Shown piece by piece: positions 9,205 through 19,800 of a stretch of 64,000 bases of DNA. Source of the DNA: Alphaproteobacteria bacterium (lineage in GTDB: Bacteria; Pseudomonadota; Alphaproteobacteria; UBA7887); the NCBI GenBank assembly GCA_965216755.1, contig CBDCGL010000011.1, positions 1,568,001-1,632,000 on the forward strand, written 5' to 3'. The translations under genes and the position numbers were made by a program. The stretch's first letter is position 1, and each line of letters starts with the position of its first letter. The notes beneath the pieces were generated by a model that was not told where the DNA came from, made no database searches, and saw only the letters and a list, made by a program, of their open reading frames with translations.

Positions 9205-9350
9205 CCGCGCGAGCGCGCTCCGACTATCGAATCACTGTGCCGCAATGACAATTGCGCCCATATTTAACGCTATGCCCTGACTGGCGGCTGGTCACGACGC
9301 CACAAAGCGGCGCAAAACGGTCGCTTCGGAAGGAACACAATCGTAGTCGG

Positions 9351-11135
9351 ATGAGCACTTTAGAACTAGCCGTCATCGGCAACTGCAGTTTCAGCGCCTT
9401 AATCGATTCCCAGGCCCGTATCGTTTGGTCGTGCATGCCGCGGTTCGACGCCGATCCCGTATTCTGCGCCTTGCTCAACGACCATGATGGCCATGAGAAA
9501 GGCTTCTTCGCCATTGAATTGGCCGATCTGCAAAGATCCGAACAACACTATTTGGACAATTCGGCCGTGGTGGTCACGCGGCTCTATGATAAGTCCGGCG
9601 GTGCCGTCGAAATCACTGATTTCGCCCCACGCTTTCGCGCCTATGAACGAGTTTTTCGCCCGATCACGATCGTTCGCCAAGTTCGCCCCGTATCCGGCAG
9701 TCCGCGCATCCGGATCCGCCTGCGACCGACCTATGACTATGGCGCACATCGACCGGATGTGACCCGGGGCAGCAATCACGTCCGCTACATTATGTCGGCA
9801 CTGACCGTCCGCCTGACGACCGACGCGCCGGTAACATATGTCCTCGAAGAAACCCCATTCATCCTCGAGCGCCCCTTGACGCTCCTGCTCGGACCCGATG
9901 AAAGTCTGATCGAAGCGCCGTCTGAAATCGGCCGGGAGTTCTTGGAAAAAACGAACGAATATTGGCGAGAATGGTGCCGCTATTTGTCCATACCCTATGA
10001 ATGGCAGCAGGCTGTCATTCGCGCCGCTATCACGTTGAAGCTCTGTAACTATGAGGAAAGTGGCGCGATCATCGCGGCAATGACCACATCGGTGCCTGAA
10101 GCGGCCGACTCTGAACGAAACTGGGACTATCGCTTTTGTTGGTTGCGTGACTCCTTTTTTGTCGTCCATGCCCTCAATCGTTTGGGGGCGACGCGCACCA
10201 TGGAAGGCTTTCTGTCCTACATCACAAACGTCGTCGCCAGCGCGGAAAACGGCTACCTGCAACCGGTCTTCGGAATTGCGCTTGAGACCAAACTCGATGA
10301 ATCGCACGTCAGCTCGCTGTCCGGATATCGGGGCATGGGCCCGGTGCGCATTGGCAACAGCGCCTATACCCAGGTTCAAAATGACGGCTATGGCAGTGTT
10401 ATCCTGGCGACCGCCCAGTGCTTTTTCGACCGGCGGCTGCGCTGGCGCGGCGACGTTTCATTGTTTCAGCGCCTGGAACGATTAGGTGAACAGGCGCGAT
10501 CCAGATGGGACAAACCGGATTCCGGATTGTGGGAACTCCGGACGCGTCAACGCGTCCATACTTTCTCCAGCGTGATGTGCTGGGCAGCCTGCGATCGCCT
10601 CGCCCGCATCGCCCGCCAGCTCAGGCTGCCGGGCCGCGAAACCTATTGGCGCGGGCACGCTGACACCATTCGGGCCGGCATTATCGCCCAAGCTTGGAAC
10701 CGAGAGCTCAACAGCTTCGTCGAGAGCTTTGGTGGCCGTGATATTGACGCCAGCCTGCTGTTGTTGCCGGAATTGGGTTTTGTCGCGCCGAGCGATCCGA
10801 TGTTCCTGGGCACGCTTGACCAGGTCGAGAAACACTTGCGGCGCGGCGATCACCTGTTGCGTTACGCGGCACCGGACGATTTTGGTACGCCCGATTCCGC
10901 GTTTACGATTTGTACGTTCTGGTACATCGACGCCTTGGCGGCGGTGGGTCGCGGCGGCGAAGCGCGGACACTGTTTAACTCACTGTTACAGCATCGCAAT
11001 AGCCTGGGCCTGTTGTCCGAAGATCTTGATCCGCGATCCGGAGAACTGTGGGGGAATTTCCCGCAAACCTATTCGTTGGTCGGTCTGATACACTCCGCCA
11101 TGCGGTTATCAAAACCCTGGGAGGAAGCGTTCTGA
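9351..11135 (+). CDS. Glycoside hydrolase family 15 (trehalase/glucoamylase-like)
   Basis: LAVIGNC, RNWDYRFCWLRD, GLWELR and LLSED..LWGNFPQTYS motifs; next to otsA. Confidence 0.92.
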   Translation: MSTLELAVIGNCSFSALIDSQARIVWSCMPRFDADPVFCALLNDHDGHEKGFFAIELADLQRSEQHYLDNSAVVVTRLYDKSGGAVEITDFAPRFRAYERVFRPITIVRQVRPVSGSPRIRIRLRPTYDYGAHRPDVTRGSNHVRYIMSALTVRLTTDAPVTYVLEETPFILERPLTLLLGPDESLIEAPSEIGREFLEKTNEYWREWCRYLSIPYEWQQAVIRAAITLKLCNYEESGAIIAAMTTSVPEAADSERNWDYRFCWLRDSFFVVHALNRLGATRTMEGFLSYITNVVASAENGYLQPVFGIALETKLDESHVSSLSGYRGMGPVRIGNSAYTQVQNDGYGSVILATAQCFFDRRLRWRGDVSLFQRLERLGEQARSRWDKPDSGLWELRTRQRVHTFSSVMCWAACDRLARIARQLRLPGRETYWRGHADTIRAGIIAQAWNRELNSFVESFGGRDIDASLLLLPELGFVAPSDPMFLGTLDQVEKHLRRGDHLLRYAAPDDFGTPDSAFTICTFWYIDALAAVGRGGEARTLFNSLLQHRNSLGLLSEDLDPRSGELWGNFPQTYSLVGLIHSAMRLSKPWEEAF

Positions 11136-12517
11136 GCCGTTTGGTCGCGGTATCGAACAGGGTCGCCTCGCCCCGCCGCCCGCGTTCGGGAAACGAAGGC
11201 GGCTTGGCGGTCGCGTTGCGCGGCGCATTGGCAGAACGTGGCGGCATTTGGTTTGGCTGGAGTGGTAACGTTGGCGATGACGCAACGACTGAGCCACGCA
11301 TTACCACGATCGAAAACCAGACCTATGCCACCCTTGATCTCAGCGCGCGCGACTACGAGGAGTATTATAACGGCTACGCCAATCGTACCCTGTGGCCTCT
11401 GTTTCACTATCGACTGGATCTGACCGAATTCAGTCGCCGCAACATGGCCGGCTATTTGCGCGTCAATAGCCTATTCGCGAACACCCTCGCTGGATTGTTG
11501 CTACCGGACGATCTGGTGTGGGTGCACGACTATCATTTCATTCCCCTGGCGGAGCAACTTCGCCAGGCCGGTAGTCGCCAACGGATCGGCTTTTTCTTAC
11601 ACATTCCCTGGCCAGCGCTTGAAGTGTTTCGCGCATTGCCTAATCACCGACAGATCGTGCAATCGCTTTGCGCCTATGACTTGATCGGCTTCCAAACCGA
11701 AGACCATTTGCGTGCTTTTCACGACTACATCGAGCGCGAGATCGACGGCGAAGTCTATCCGAATGGCCGGGTCGTCGCATATGGCCGCACGATTCGTACC
11801 GGCGCCTTCCCGATCGGTATCGATACGGACGCCGTCGCCGAACTCGCTACCAGAGCGGAAACCGCAAGTCAGTCGGTCAGATTGCGCGATAGCCTCCGCG
11901 ACCGGGCCTTGATTATTGGCGTCGACCGGCTGGACTATTCAAAGGGCCTGGTTGAACGCATGCGCGCCTTTGAACAGTTGCTGGACCTTGACCCGCACCA
12001 GCGCAACCGTGTGGTCATGTTACAGATCACGCCCCAGTCCCGTACCGATGTTGCCGAATATGCCGACATGCGCCGGGAGCTTGAGGCCACGGCCGGCAAC
12101 ATTAACGGGGCCTATGCGGAATATGATTGGATTCCGTTGCGATACTTAAACAAGGGGTTCACGCGTCGCATTTTGTTCGGGTTTTTTCGACAAGCGCGCG
12201 TCGGCTTTGTCACTCCCCTCCGTGACGGTATGAACTTGGTTGCAAAAGAGTTCATCGCCGCACAGGCGCCGGACAATCCGGGTGTTTTGGTACTGTCGCG
12301 TTTCGCCGGCGCAGCGTCCGAGCTGAAAGGCGCGCTGTTGGTCAATCCCTACAACACGGAAGCGATGGCCGAAGCGCTGCAGGCCGCGCTGGCCATGCCG
12401 CTCGAGGAACGGCAAACACGATGGTCGGGGATGTTCGAACATCTGCAAACCCATGATCTAGCCGCGTGGTGGACCCAATTCGTAGACGCATTGGCCGTCG
12501 CGCCGGGATACTCATAG
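11132..12517 (+). CDS. otsA: Trehalose-6-phosphate synthase, copy 1 (probable CTG start)
   Basis: SRLVAVSNRV, GGLAVAL, WVHDYH, FFLHIPWP, GVDRLDYSKG and RDGMNLVAKE motifs. Confidence 0.93.
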   Translation: MSRLVAVSNRVASPRRPRSGNEGGLAVALRGALAERGGIWFGWSGNVGDDATTEPRITTIENQTYATLDLSARDYEEYYNGYANRTLWPLFHYRLDLTEFSRRNMAGYLRVNSLFANTLAGLLLPDDLVWVHDYHFIPLAEQLRQAGSRQRIGFFLHIPWPALEVFRALPNHRQIVQSLCAYDLIGFQTEDHLRAFHDYIEREIDGEVYPNGRVVAYGRTIRTGAFPIGIDTDAVAELATRAETASQSVRLRDSLRDRALIIGVDRLDYSKGLVERMRAFEQLLDLDPHQRNRVVMLQITPQSRTDVAEYADMRRELEATAGNINGAYAEYDWIPLRYLNKGFTRRILFGFFRQARVGFVTPLRDGMNLVAKEFIAAQAPDNPGVLVLSRFAGAASELKGALLVNPYNTEAMAEALQAALAMPLEERQTRWSGMFEHLQTHDLAAWWTQFVDALAVAPGYS

Positions 12518-12550
12518 CCACGTGGCAGATAATCCGACGGGCATTTTGCA

Positions 12551-13519
12551 ATGAAGACTCCGGTTCTGCTTGCCGACATCGGTGGCACTAACGCGCGTGT
12601 CACGATATTCGACCCGAACCGCGGCATCGGCGCCGTGCACCATTATTGCGTCGCTGACTTCATCGACCCAGAAACGATGTTCGCACAACATCGCCACGCG
12701 CACGACGATGCCCGTGGCGCACGCTGCGCGGCTATCGCCGCAGCGGGGCCACGGCACGGCGACCGGATCGCGCTTACCAATGCCGGTTGGACCGTTGACA
12801 GCAGAACTCTCAGAGACGCCTTATCGATGGATGACGTGCTGCTGATCAATGATGGAGCCGCACTTGCCTGGGCGCTTGACGGGCTGCGCACAGATGACTG
12901 CGTACAAATCGGCAGCGGCGAAGTCACGCCGGATTGGCCGCGCGCGATCGTCGCGCCCGGCACGGGCCTGGCAGTCGCGGGCTATGTGCCAACGGCGGCG
13001 GGCGGCGCCGTCATTGTTGGCGAAGGTGGCCACGTGAGCCTTCCCGCCATCGACGCTGAGGAAATGCAGATCGTGTCCGTGTTGCGCGATGCTTTCGGGC
13101 ATGTTTCCGCGGAACGGGCCCTGTCAGGCATGGGACTTGTAAATCTCCGCCGAAGCCTCGCCAAAATTCGCGGTCTCACGATTGATGATCTATCGGCTGG
13201 GGAAATTGGCGCCCACGCGTTTGCGAAGTCATGTGACTTGTGCCGCACGACCTTTGATGTGTTTTTTCGATTACTCGGCACCGTCGCGGGTGACGTCGCA
13301 CTGACGCTTGGCGCCCGCGGTGGCATGTATATTGGGGGCGGTATTGTGCCGCGCTATGTGCCGCAGCTCCAAGCGTCGGCGTTCCGCGATCGGTTTGAGG
13401 ACAAAGGCCGCTTCAAGGATTACTTGGCGCCGGTCGCGACATTCGCCATTCGGCATCCGAATCCCATATTGATCGGCCTGGCAACGGCCGTTCAACGTTT
13501 GCCACTTGCCCGAAAGTAA
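12551..13519 (+). CDS. glk: Glucokinase
   Basis: LADIGGTNAR, LINDG, PGTGLA, GEGGH, SAERALSG, GGGI and FEDKGRF motifs. Confidence 0.92.
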   Translation: MKTPVLLADIGGTNARVTIFDPNRGIGAVHHYCVADFIDPETMFAQHRHAHDDARGARCAAIAAAGPRHGDRIALTNAGWTVDSRTLRDALSMDDVLLINDGAALAWALDGLRTDDCVQIGSGEVTPDWPRAIVAPGTGLAVAGYVPTAAGGAVIVGEGGHVSLPAIDAEEMQIVSVLRDAFGHVSAERALSGMGLVNLRRSLAKIRGLTIDDLSAGEIGAHAFAKSCDLCRTTFDVFFRLLGTVAGDVALTLGARGGMYIGGGIVPRYVPQLQASAFRDRFEDKGRFKDYLAPVATFAIRHPNPILIGLATAVQRLPLARK

Positions 13520-14340
13520 CTGGCATGCCGCCGGCGCAGGTGCGCCGACAGGCGTTCCAAGAACCACAGCACTTCGTCGGGATCACGCAAGCGATAGTCG
13601 GCGAACGACGGCCGCGATCGACGTGCGACCAGCACTGTAATGCCACGACCGCGCAAGGCGCGGAACGCGTCCTCGTCGGTCGTGTCGTCGCCAATATAGA
13701 TCGGCACGACATTCGGCGTGCCGAGCCCCAAAACGTGCAGCAGCCAAATAACGGCATTGCCTTTGTCCCATGGAGCGGTGGGACGAATCTCGTAAACTTT
13801 CTTGCCTGCAAAACACCGTAGCGCGGGCGCTTCATTGGTCACGGCCGCGACCGCCGCATCGATTGACGCCATGTCAGTTTCGTCAACCAAGCGGTAATGC
13901 ACCGCAACGGAAAATCTTTTGGCCTCAACGATCACGCCCTTAATGCCGGACAACTGACGCGTAAGCGCCTGCGCCGCCGCGGCAACACTCTGCTCGACGT
14001 CGGCGTCTGCAATTTCCGGCAGTAAACTGAGCCCGGGACCAGAAATGTCGAAGCCGTGATCCCCCGCATAGATGAGCGCCGGCACGGCAATACGTGACGC
14101 CACGTCGGCACGCGCACGGCCGGAAACCACGGCAATGGGGCAGCGTCCCGCTAATTTCATCAAGACCCGGCGCACGCGGCCACGCAACGCGGCGTCATCA
14201 GGACGTCCAACGATCGGCGACAACGTCCCGTCAAAATCGAGAAACAACGCGACGCGCCGGCCCCGCAAGCGGTGGGCGATGGCAGGCCAATGCGCGCGAA
14301 TCCCTGCGATCACGGGGCGTGTATAGTGGAATCGGTTCAC
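13492..14340 (-). CDS. otsB: Trehalose-6-phosphate phosphatase (HAD)
   Basis: FLDFDGTL, VSGR, VHYR, WDKG and GDDTTDED motifs; GTG start after GAGGAG. Confidence 0.92.
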   Translation of the reverse strand: MNRFHYTRPVIAGIRAHWPAIAHRLRGRRVALFLDFDGTLSPIVGRPDDAALRGRVRRVLMKLAGRCPIAVVSGRARADVASRIAVPALIYAGDHGFDISGPGLSLLPEIADADVEQSVAAAAQALTRQLSGIKGVIVEAKRFSVAVHYRLVDETDMASIDAAVAAVTNEAPALRCFAGKKVYEIRPTAPWDKGNAVIWLLHVLGLGTPNVVPIYIGDDTTDEDAFRALRGRGITVLVARRSRPSFADYRLRDPDEVLWFLERLSAHLRRRHASYFRASGKR

Positions 14341-14417
14341 GTCGGCTCCTCGCGGCAAGCATGGAGCGCCTTGTACCACGGCCAAGGGCGAATGGAAGTC
14401 CGGAACGGTCGCGCGGC

Positions 14418-15848
14418 CTATGCCGGCTCGACGTGTACGCCCGAAGAACTGGCCGCGGATGCCGCCTGATGTCCGCCGGACACGCGCGCGCCAGAAGCAG
14501 AATGCAAACTGCTTAGAAAACTGTCACGCCAATGGTCGATATCAGCCGCCCGCAACCCACGCATCATGATGTTCCAGCGCGCGACACGTTCGTCCAACGG
14601 CATATCCAATGCGGTCTTTATGGCTTCAACGACGGCTTCTTGATCAAATGGGTTGACGATAAGCGCTTGATCGAGCTGGTCCGCGGCTCCGGCGAATTGT
14701 GACAAGACCAAGACCCCTGGGTTGGCGGGATCCTGCGCGGCCACATACTCCTTTGCCACCAGGTTCATGCCGTCGCGCAAAGGTGTCACCAAACCAACGC
14801 GCGCAGCCCGGAAAAACGAGGCGAGGACCGGTCGTGGATAGGCTTTATGCATATAGCGAATTGGTATCCAATCAAATTCGGCGAAGCGCCCATTGATATG
14901 ACCGCTTAGCCGTTCGAGGTCTCGCTCCATTTGCACATATTCCGGCACGGTCTCACGCGTCGGCGGCGTGATTTGGAGCAAATGTATGTGGCCACGATGC
15001 TCTGGATACCGTTCCAAGAAACGCTCGAACGTACGCAACCGCCCTGGCAATCCCTTTGAATAGTCGGCTCGATCCGTGCCAACGACAAGGTCGCGCCCTT
15101 GGAGACTGCCAATAAGCCGCTGGCGATGTCGCCTTGCGTCGGCCGAGTCGGCAAAAGCCGCGAACTCGGTTGCGTCGATCCCAATTGGGAAGGCATCGCT
15201 AGCGGTATGTGCCAAATACGGTGCATCGTCACGTGGCCTCGCCGTGGCCGCCAAATAAGCACGAAAATTACGCAGGTCGTCGGTTGTTTGAAACCCGACC
15301 AAGTCGCACGCGGTCATGGCGCGAATGACTGTCTCGTGCTGCGGTAAAGTCATCAGAACATCCGGCGGTGGCATCGGCGTGTGCGAGAAAAACCCAATCG
15401 GTGCAGAAACGCCAAGGCGACGCAGCTCCAATGCCAACGGGATCATGTGATAGTCGTGGATCCAAATTGTGTCGTCCGGCCTCAGGTGCGGCACCAACTG
15501 CCTGGCAAAGGCGCGATTGACCGCCAGATAGGAATCCAACCATGCGCGATCAAACGACAGCAAATCCAAACGATAGTGGACCAAGGGCCACAGCGACCGA
15601 TTGGCGAAGCCATTGTAATAGGCGTCATGGTCAGCGGCGCTGAGGTCGGTCAGGATGTACGTTATATTGCCACGTGTCAGAACTCTTGGCGACGGCGACG
15701 GATCGTTGACAATCTCACCGCTCCAGCCAAACCAGACCCCGTTTGTTTCGCGCAACGCAGCCGACAAGCCCGCCGCCAACCCACCGGTCATCACCGACGC
15801 GGACGTCGGCACGGCCACACGATTGGACGCGACAATCAACCTTTTCAT
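14418..15848 (-). CDS. otsA: Trehalose-6-phosphate synthase, copy 2
   Basis: MKRLIVASNRV, WIHDYH, DRADYSKG and RDGMNLVAKEY motifs. Confidence 0.92.
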   Translation of the reverse strand: MKRLIVASNRVAVPTSASVMTGGLAAGLSAALRETNGVWFGWSGEIVNDPSPSPRVLTRGNITYILTDLSAADHDAYYNGFANRSLWPLVHYRLDLLSFDRAWLDSYLAVNRAFARQLVPHLRPDDTIWIHDYHMIPLALELRRLGVSAPIGFFSHTPMPPPDVLMTLPQHETVIRAMTACDLVGFQTTDDLRNFRAYLAATARPRDDAPYLAHTASDAFPIGIDATEFAAFADSADARRHRQRLIGSLQGRDLVVGTDRADYSKGLPGRLRTFERFLERYPEHRGHIHLLQITPPTRETVPEYVQMERDLERLSGHINGRFAEFDWIPIRYMHKAYPRPVLASFFRAARVGLVTPLRDGMNLVAKEYVAAQDPANPGVLVLSQFAGAADQLDQALIVNPFDQEAVVEAIKTALDMPLDERVARWNIMMRGLRAADIDHWRDSFLSSLHSASGARVSGGHQAASAASSSGVHVEPA

Positions 15849-16385
15849 AGCCGCCTAATCGAACCCCAATACGGCTATTCTCCTCTCGCCAACATCACTC
15901 GACCAACACGTTATTCGGCGACTCACACAAAAACCGAAAGGCCTTCGTTACATGAGCAATACACTTATATGATAACACATGAGTAACGTTTTGCCCACCG
16001 AGCGTTGCGCTGCGACCGCGTTCGGCGCAACGACGCAAAGGCTACACATTGGTACAATCATTTACAGCTCTTGTCGTACCACGAAAAAAAAATTTTGGCC
16101 GGCACACGCAATATTGATAGCAAACCCAAGGACAAAGTACATGCACCAAATTACTATTAGGATATTCGAAGATTGGGGCCTGTGAGAATGGGTTCAACAA
16201 CTTAAATCAATATTGATTGTGCTTTTGTTCATTTACCAGACATCTTCGAAAATATGCAGATACTTTTGCTTTAGGTTAAGGATCACATGACCCGGATGTT
16301 TGTATCTCGGAAGTACACGAGCGATAGGCATCGCCGCAACGATGCGATCACGGGTTTACGAAACTTTATTTGGGAGAATACAGCC

Positions 16386-16700
16386 ATGAACATCGCCACA
16401 AGAGGTCTGGTCGTGCCTTTGGCCGCTGCAGGTTTGGTCATCGCAGCTTTTGCGACCGCGTATGCGCAGCCCGAGGACAGAGCGCCGGGTGAATGCGACA
16501 ATCCGGCCGTGGGCGCAACGGCGTCGACCGAGGTTGCTGAATACACGCCTGAGGCCGGCTGCGAAATAGCGCACGAAACGACCGACCCGGCAATGGGGTG
16601 TGAAGGCCAAGACGCCGGCAGTCATGCACCTGGCACTGGCCGCGAAGACTGCGCCGCGACCGGCTCGATCGACGACCTGAAGGAGTCCATGCAGGAATAG
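16386..16700 (+). CDS. Small secreted acidic protein with four Cys
   Basis: Signal peptide ending AYA; GGGAG RBS; followed by a terminator. Confidence 0.7.
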   Translation: MNIATRGLVVPLAAAGLVIAAFATAYAQPEDRAPGECDNPAVGATASTEVAEYTPEAGCEIAHETTDPAMGCEGQDAGSHAPGTGREDCAATGSIDDLKESMQE

Positions 16701-16735
16701 TTATTCCGCATAAATTGGCACCCATCTGTCCTGAT

Positions 16736-16772
16736 GCCGCACTTTGTCACAACAAAGTGCGGTTTCTTTTTT
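16736..16772 (+). terminator. Rho-independent terminator
   Basis: Stem GCCGCACTTTGT / ACAAAGTGCGGT followed by a T-rich run. Confidence 0.85.
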
Positions 16773-16832
16773 GCGCTTCGCCGATAGCATCCATGGCAGC
16801 CTGACATCGTTTAGCGGAGGAGGAGATCGCCC

Positions 16833-18083
16833 ATGGCCGTGACGTCCCAGCGAATTCAGTTTGCCGGCGCCAACGGCGCCATGCTGGCCGCGCGGCTTGA
16901 GCGACCCGCGATAGGCACAGGCGCTTACGCGCTTTTTGCCCATTGTTTTACTTGTTCTAAGGACATTTTCGCGGCCTCGCGCATTGCGACACGTTTGGCG
17001 GCTCAGGGGATTGCGACGTTGCGCTTCGATTTCACCGGTTTGGGCGCAAGCGACGGCGACTTTGCCAATACCAACTTTTCATCGAACGTCGATGATTTGG
17101 TCGCCGCCGCCGCGTTCTTGCGCACAAACTACGCGGCGCCCCAATTGCTGGTCGGCCATAGTCTCGGTGGCGCCGCCGTGTTGGCGGCCGCGCAGCATGT
17201 GCCGGAAGCCAAAGCGGTCGCGACAATCGGCGCGCCGGCCGACCCGGCGCATGTTGCACATCTTATCGCCGATGCCGTTCCTGAAATCGAATCAAGAGGG
17301 GAAGCGGTCGTGGCACTTGCCGGCCGTCGGTTTCGTATTCGCAAACAGTTCCTCGACGATATTGGGACTCAACGCTTGCAAGATGCCGTTGGTCATATGC
17401 GCAAGGCTTTGTTGGTCCTCCACGCGCCGCGCGATACCTATGTCGGCATCGACAATGCCACCACTATTTTCCAGGCGGCCAAGCACCCAAAGAGCTATGT
17501 CTCACTAGATGACGCCGATCACCTTTTGACCCGCCGCCGCGATGCTGACTATGTCGCGACCATCCTTGCCGCCTGGGCGTCGCGGTATGTGGATGAGGCA
17601 GAATCGCGCGACACTCATGACGACCAGCAAGATAATGCTGTCGTGGTCAGCGAAAACGGCAAGGGGCGCTTTGCACTGGACATCACCGCCGGACGCCACC
17701 TCATTCATGCCGACGAACCGCAAAGCTACGGAGGAAACGACACAGGTCTCACGCCCTACCAATTGATGAGTGCCGCGCTTGGCGCCTGTACCGCCATGAC
17801 GATACGGCTCTACGCGGCGCGCAAGAAGTGGCCGCTTGATCGCGTGTCTGTGACGGTGTTTCACGACAAAATCCATGCGCAGGATTGCGCAGACTGCGAG
17901 ACACGCGACGGCAAAGTTGACCGATTTATGCGCGAGATTTCGGTGCAGGGCGAGCTCGATCGGGCTCAGGAAGCCAGCCTGTCGCGCATCGCCGATCGCT
18001 GTCCGGTGCATCGGACACTTCATGGCGAAGTTGCGATCGAATCGAAGCTGGGCCGCGATACCCCGCCCCGATCCGCGACCTAG
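16833..18083 (+). CDS. Alpha/beta hydrolase - OsmC fusion protein
   Basis: HCFTC, RFDFTG and GHSLGG nucleophile elbow; C-terminal OsmC Cys motifs GACT and RCPVH. Confidence 0.92.
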   Translation: MAVTSQRIQFAGANGAMLAARLERPAIGTGAYALFAHCFTCSKDIFAASRIATRLAAQGIATLRFDFTGLGASDGDFANTNFSSNVDDLVAAAAFLRTNYAAPQLLVGHSLGGAAVLAAAQHVPEAKAVATIGAPADPAHVAHLIADAVPEIESRGEAVVALAGRRFRIRKQFLDDIGTQRLQDAVGHMRKALLVLHAPRDTYVGIDNATTIFQAAKHPKSYVSLDDADHLLTRRRDADYVATILAAWASRYVDEAESRDTHDDQQDNAVVVSENGKGRFALDITAGRHLIHADEPQSYGGNDTGLTPYQLMSAALGACTAMTIRLYAARKKWPLDRVSVTVFHDKIHAQDCADCETRDGKVDRFMREISVQGELDRAQEASLSRIADRCPVHRTLHGEVAIESKLGRDTPPRSAT

Positions 18084-18096
18084 ACATGGTCGCCTT

Positions 18097-18999
18097 TCAC
18101 GCTACAAGCGCCAGACTCCACGAGACAATGAGAATCATCAGCGCGATTCCGCCCATGCGCCATTGCAGCGCCCGGTCGATCGACCATTGATAGTGCGACC
18201 GCGCCAATAGCAAACCGATGCCGAGACCAAAAGCAAAACCACAGATATGCGCGAGCACATCGGTCTGCGGGCCGCCGACGCCAAGCAAAGCAAGCAAAAC
18301 GAGTCCGCCAACCAACGGTGCCCATTTGCGCAAGCCGGATCTTCCCGCAAAATGTGTCCAAGTCTGGCGCAACGCAACGAGCAAGCCAAGTCCGGCAAAG
18401 ATCGCTGTTGACGCCCCGATAGAACCGTGCGTTGGCGGCTGCAAAAACGCATTCAGGAGATTGCCACCAATGCCGGCGACCAGCATTGACAGCCAAGCCA
18501 CGCCGGGACCCGTAACTTGAGCCAAAAGATAAGCGAACAGAGCACCGAAAAAGAGGTTGCCTAGTAAGTGCGTCACGGTCACGTGCAAACACAATGCTGT
18601 CGCCGCACGCCACAGCTGGCCATCAAGAATTGCGCCCGCTTCGGCGGCGCCGGCCGCCAACCAATCGATGGAGAACGCGCCACGGCGCGCTGCGGCGAAG
18701 AAGAAAAGCAGCACTGCCCAATAGACTGTCGCGACCTCAATTGGTGGCAGAACCAAACGCAATCCAACGGGACGGGAACCGCTATCCCGATTCTCTTGGT
18801 CGTATTGGGCAAGCTCGGCCTGGGCGATTGCGCGATCTGCCACCGCGACATAGATCGCCACGGCGCCGCCCTCGCTAACCACAAAAGAACGGATCCCCGC
18901 CGCCGTTAGAACCAGGGCATAGTCTTGGGCCCGCCGGGTTTCGAGAAAGCGGCGTACCGGAACCAAATCGTCACGCTGATCATCCACGCGCCCAAGCAT
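18097..18999 (-). CDS. Rhomboid intramembrane serine protease
   Basis: WR motif, H..N, GAS catalytic Ser, AH..G catalytic His; multiple TM helices. Confidence 0.9.
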   Translation of the reverse strand: MLGRVDDQRDDLVPVRRFLETRRAQDYALVLTAAGIRSFVVSEGGAVAIYVAVADRAIAQAELAQYDQENRDSGSRPVGLRLVLPPIEVATVYWAVLLFFFAAARRGAFSIDWLAAGAAEAGAILDGQLWRAATALCLHVTVTHLLGNLFFGALFAYLLAQVTGPGVAWLSMLVAGIGGNLLNAFLQPPTHGSIGASTAIFAGLGLLVALRQTWTHFAGRSGLRKWAPLVGGLVLLALLGVGGPQTDVLAHICGFAFGLGIGLLLARSHYQWSIDRALQWRMGGIALMILIVSWSLALVA

Positions 19000-19062
19000 G
19001 CCGAAATGGCGCTGATCAGTATAGAAAACTCTTGAATGTGCGCACTGAAGACGAACCGAGGA

Positions 19063-19311
19063 CTAATCCTCAGGCGCAAGAATCTCTTGAACGCACACCC
19101 GATCGATTAGGTTTTCTCGACCAAGATCGCGCAAATGCAAACGTTTCTGATCGTTCGTCAGCGGGGCGCCGATACCCTGTGTCAGGGCCAACACCATTGA
19201 CTGATCGCTCATACCAAGCCAAAACGCTCGCCGTACAAGCTTGCCATCCGCGTCACGTGCGAACGGGTTGTCGCCCGCCACGGAAAAATCCGGCTCGTAA
19301 TATCCACTCAT
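19063..19311 (-). CDS. Hypothetical protein
   Basis: ATG after GGAGAG; protein-like composition. Confidence 0.6.
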   Translation of the reverse strand: MSGYYEPDFSVAGDNPFARDADGKLVRRAFWLGMSDQSMVLALTQGIGAPLTNDQKRLHLRDLGRENLIDRVCVQEILAPED

Positions 19312-19398
19312 TGTCACCAACTCTCCGCACACGACCAATATAAAGTATAGGGCATCGACGACGTGGCGGTAAGGATTGGCGTGGCTCGAACGTCCCCG

Positions 19399-19617
19399 TT
19401 AGGCGGCCCGGCGTTCCAGAACCGGTGTGAGCGGTTCACGGAGTTCGGACGATAAAACCTCATTCTGCGCGTGCACAAGCTCGACCGCGACTTCCGCGAA
19501 AGCGCGCGCAGCCAGGCTCGGCGTGCTGTCCCGCGACTCCGCGTATGCTTCATAGAAAGCTTTAAGACATCTTTTGAACTGTTCTGGTGACACAACAAAT
19601 GACCTCCTGGCACTCAC
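19399..19617 (-). CDS. Small hypothetical protein
   Basis: Short helical ORF co-oriented with the previous gene; internal AGGAGG suggests a later start. Confidence 0.4.
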   Translation of the reverse strand: MSARRSFVVSPEQFKRCLKAFYEAYAESRDSTPSLAARAFAEVAVELVHAQNEVLSSELREPLTPVLERRAA

Positions 19618-19800
19618 CCTATTGGGCGAACAACCGGCTCGTCAATAGCCTTGCAAGCATTTGCTGGCAAAAAACCTATTCCATGGCACATGAGACACTT
19701 ATTGGGGCCGGTGAATATGCCGCTTGAGATGCCTTGACCCAATCCAGTCGACGCGTTACGAGACACGTCGGCCAACAAATAAAACAAGGTAGGTACAGAC

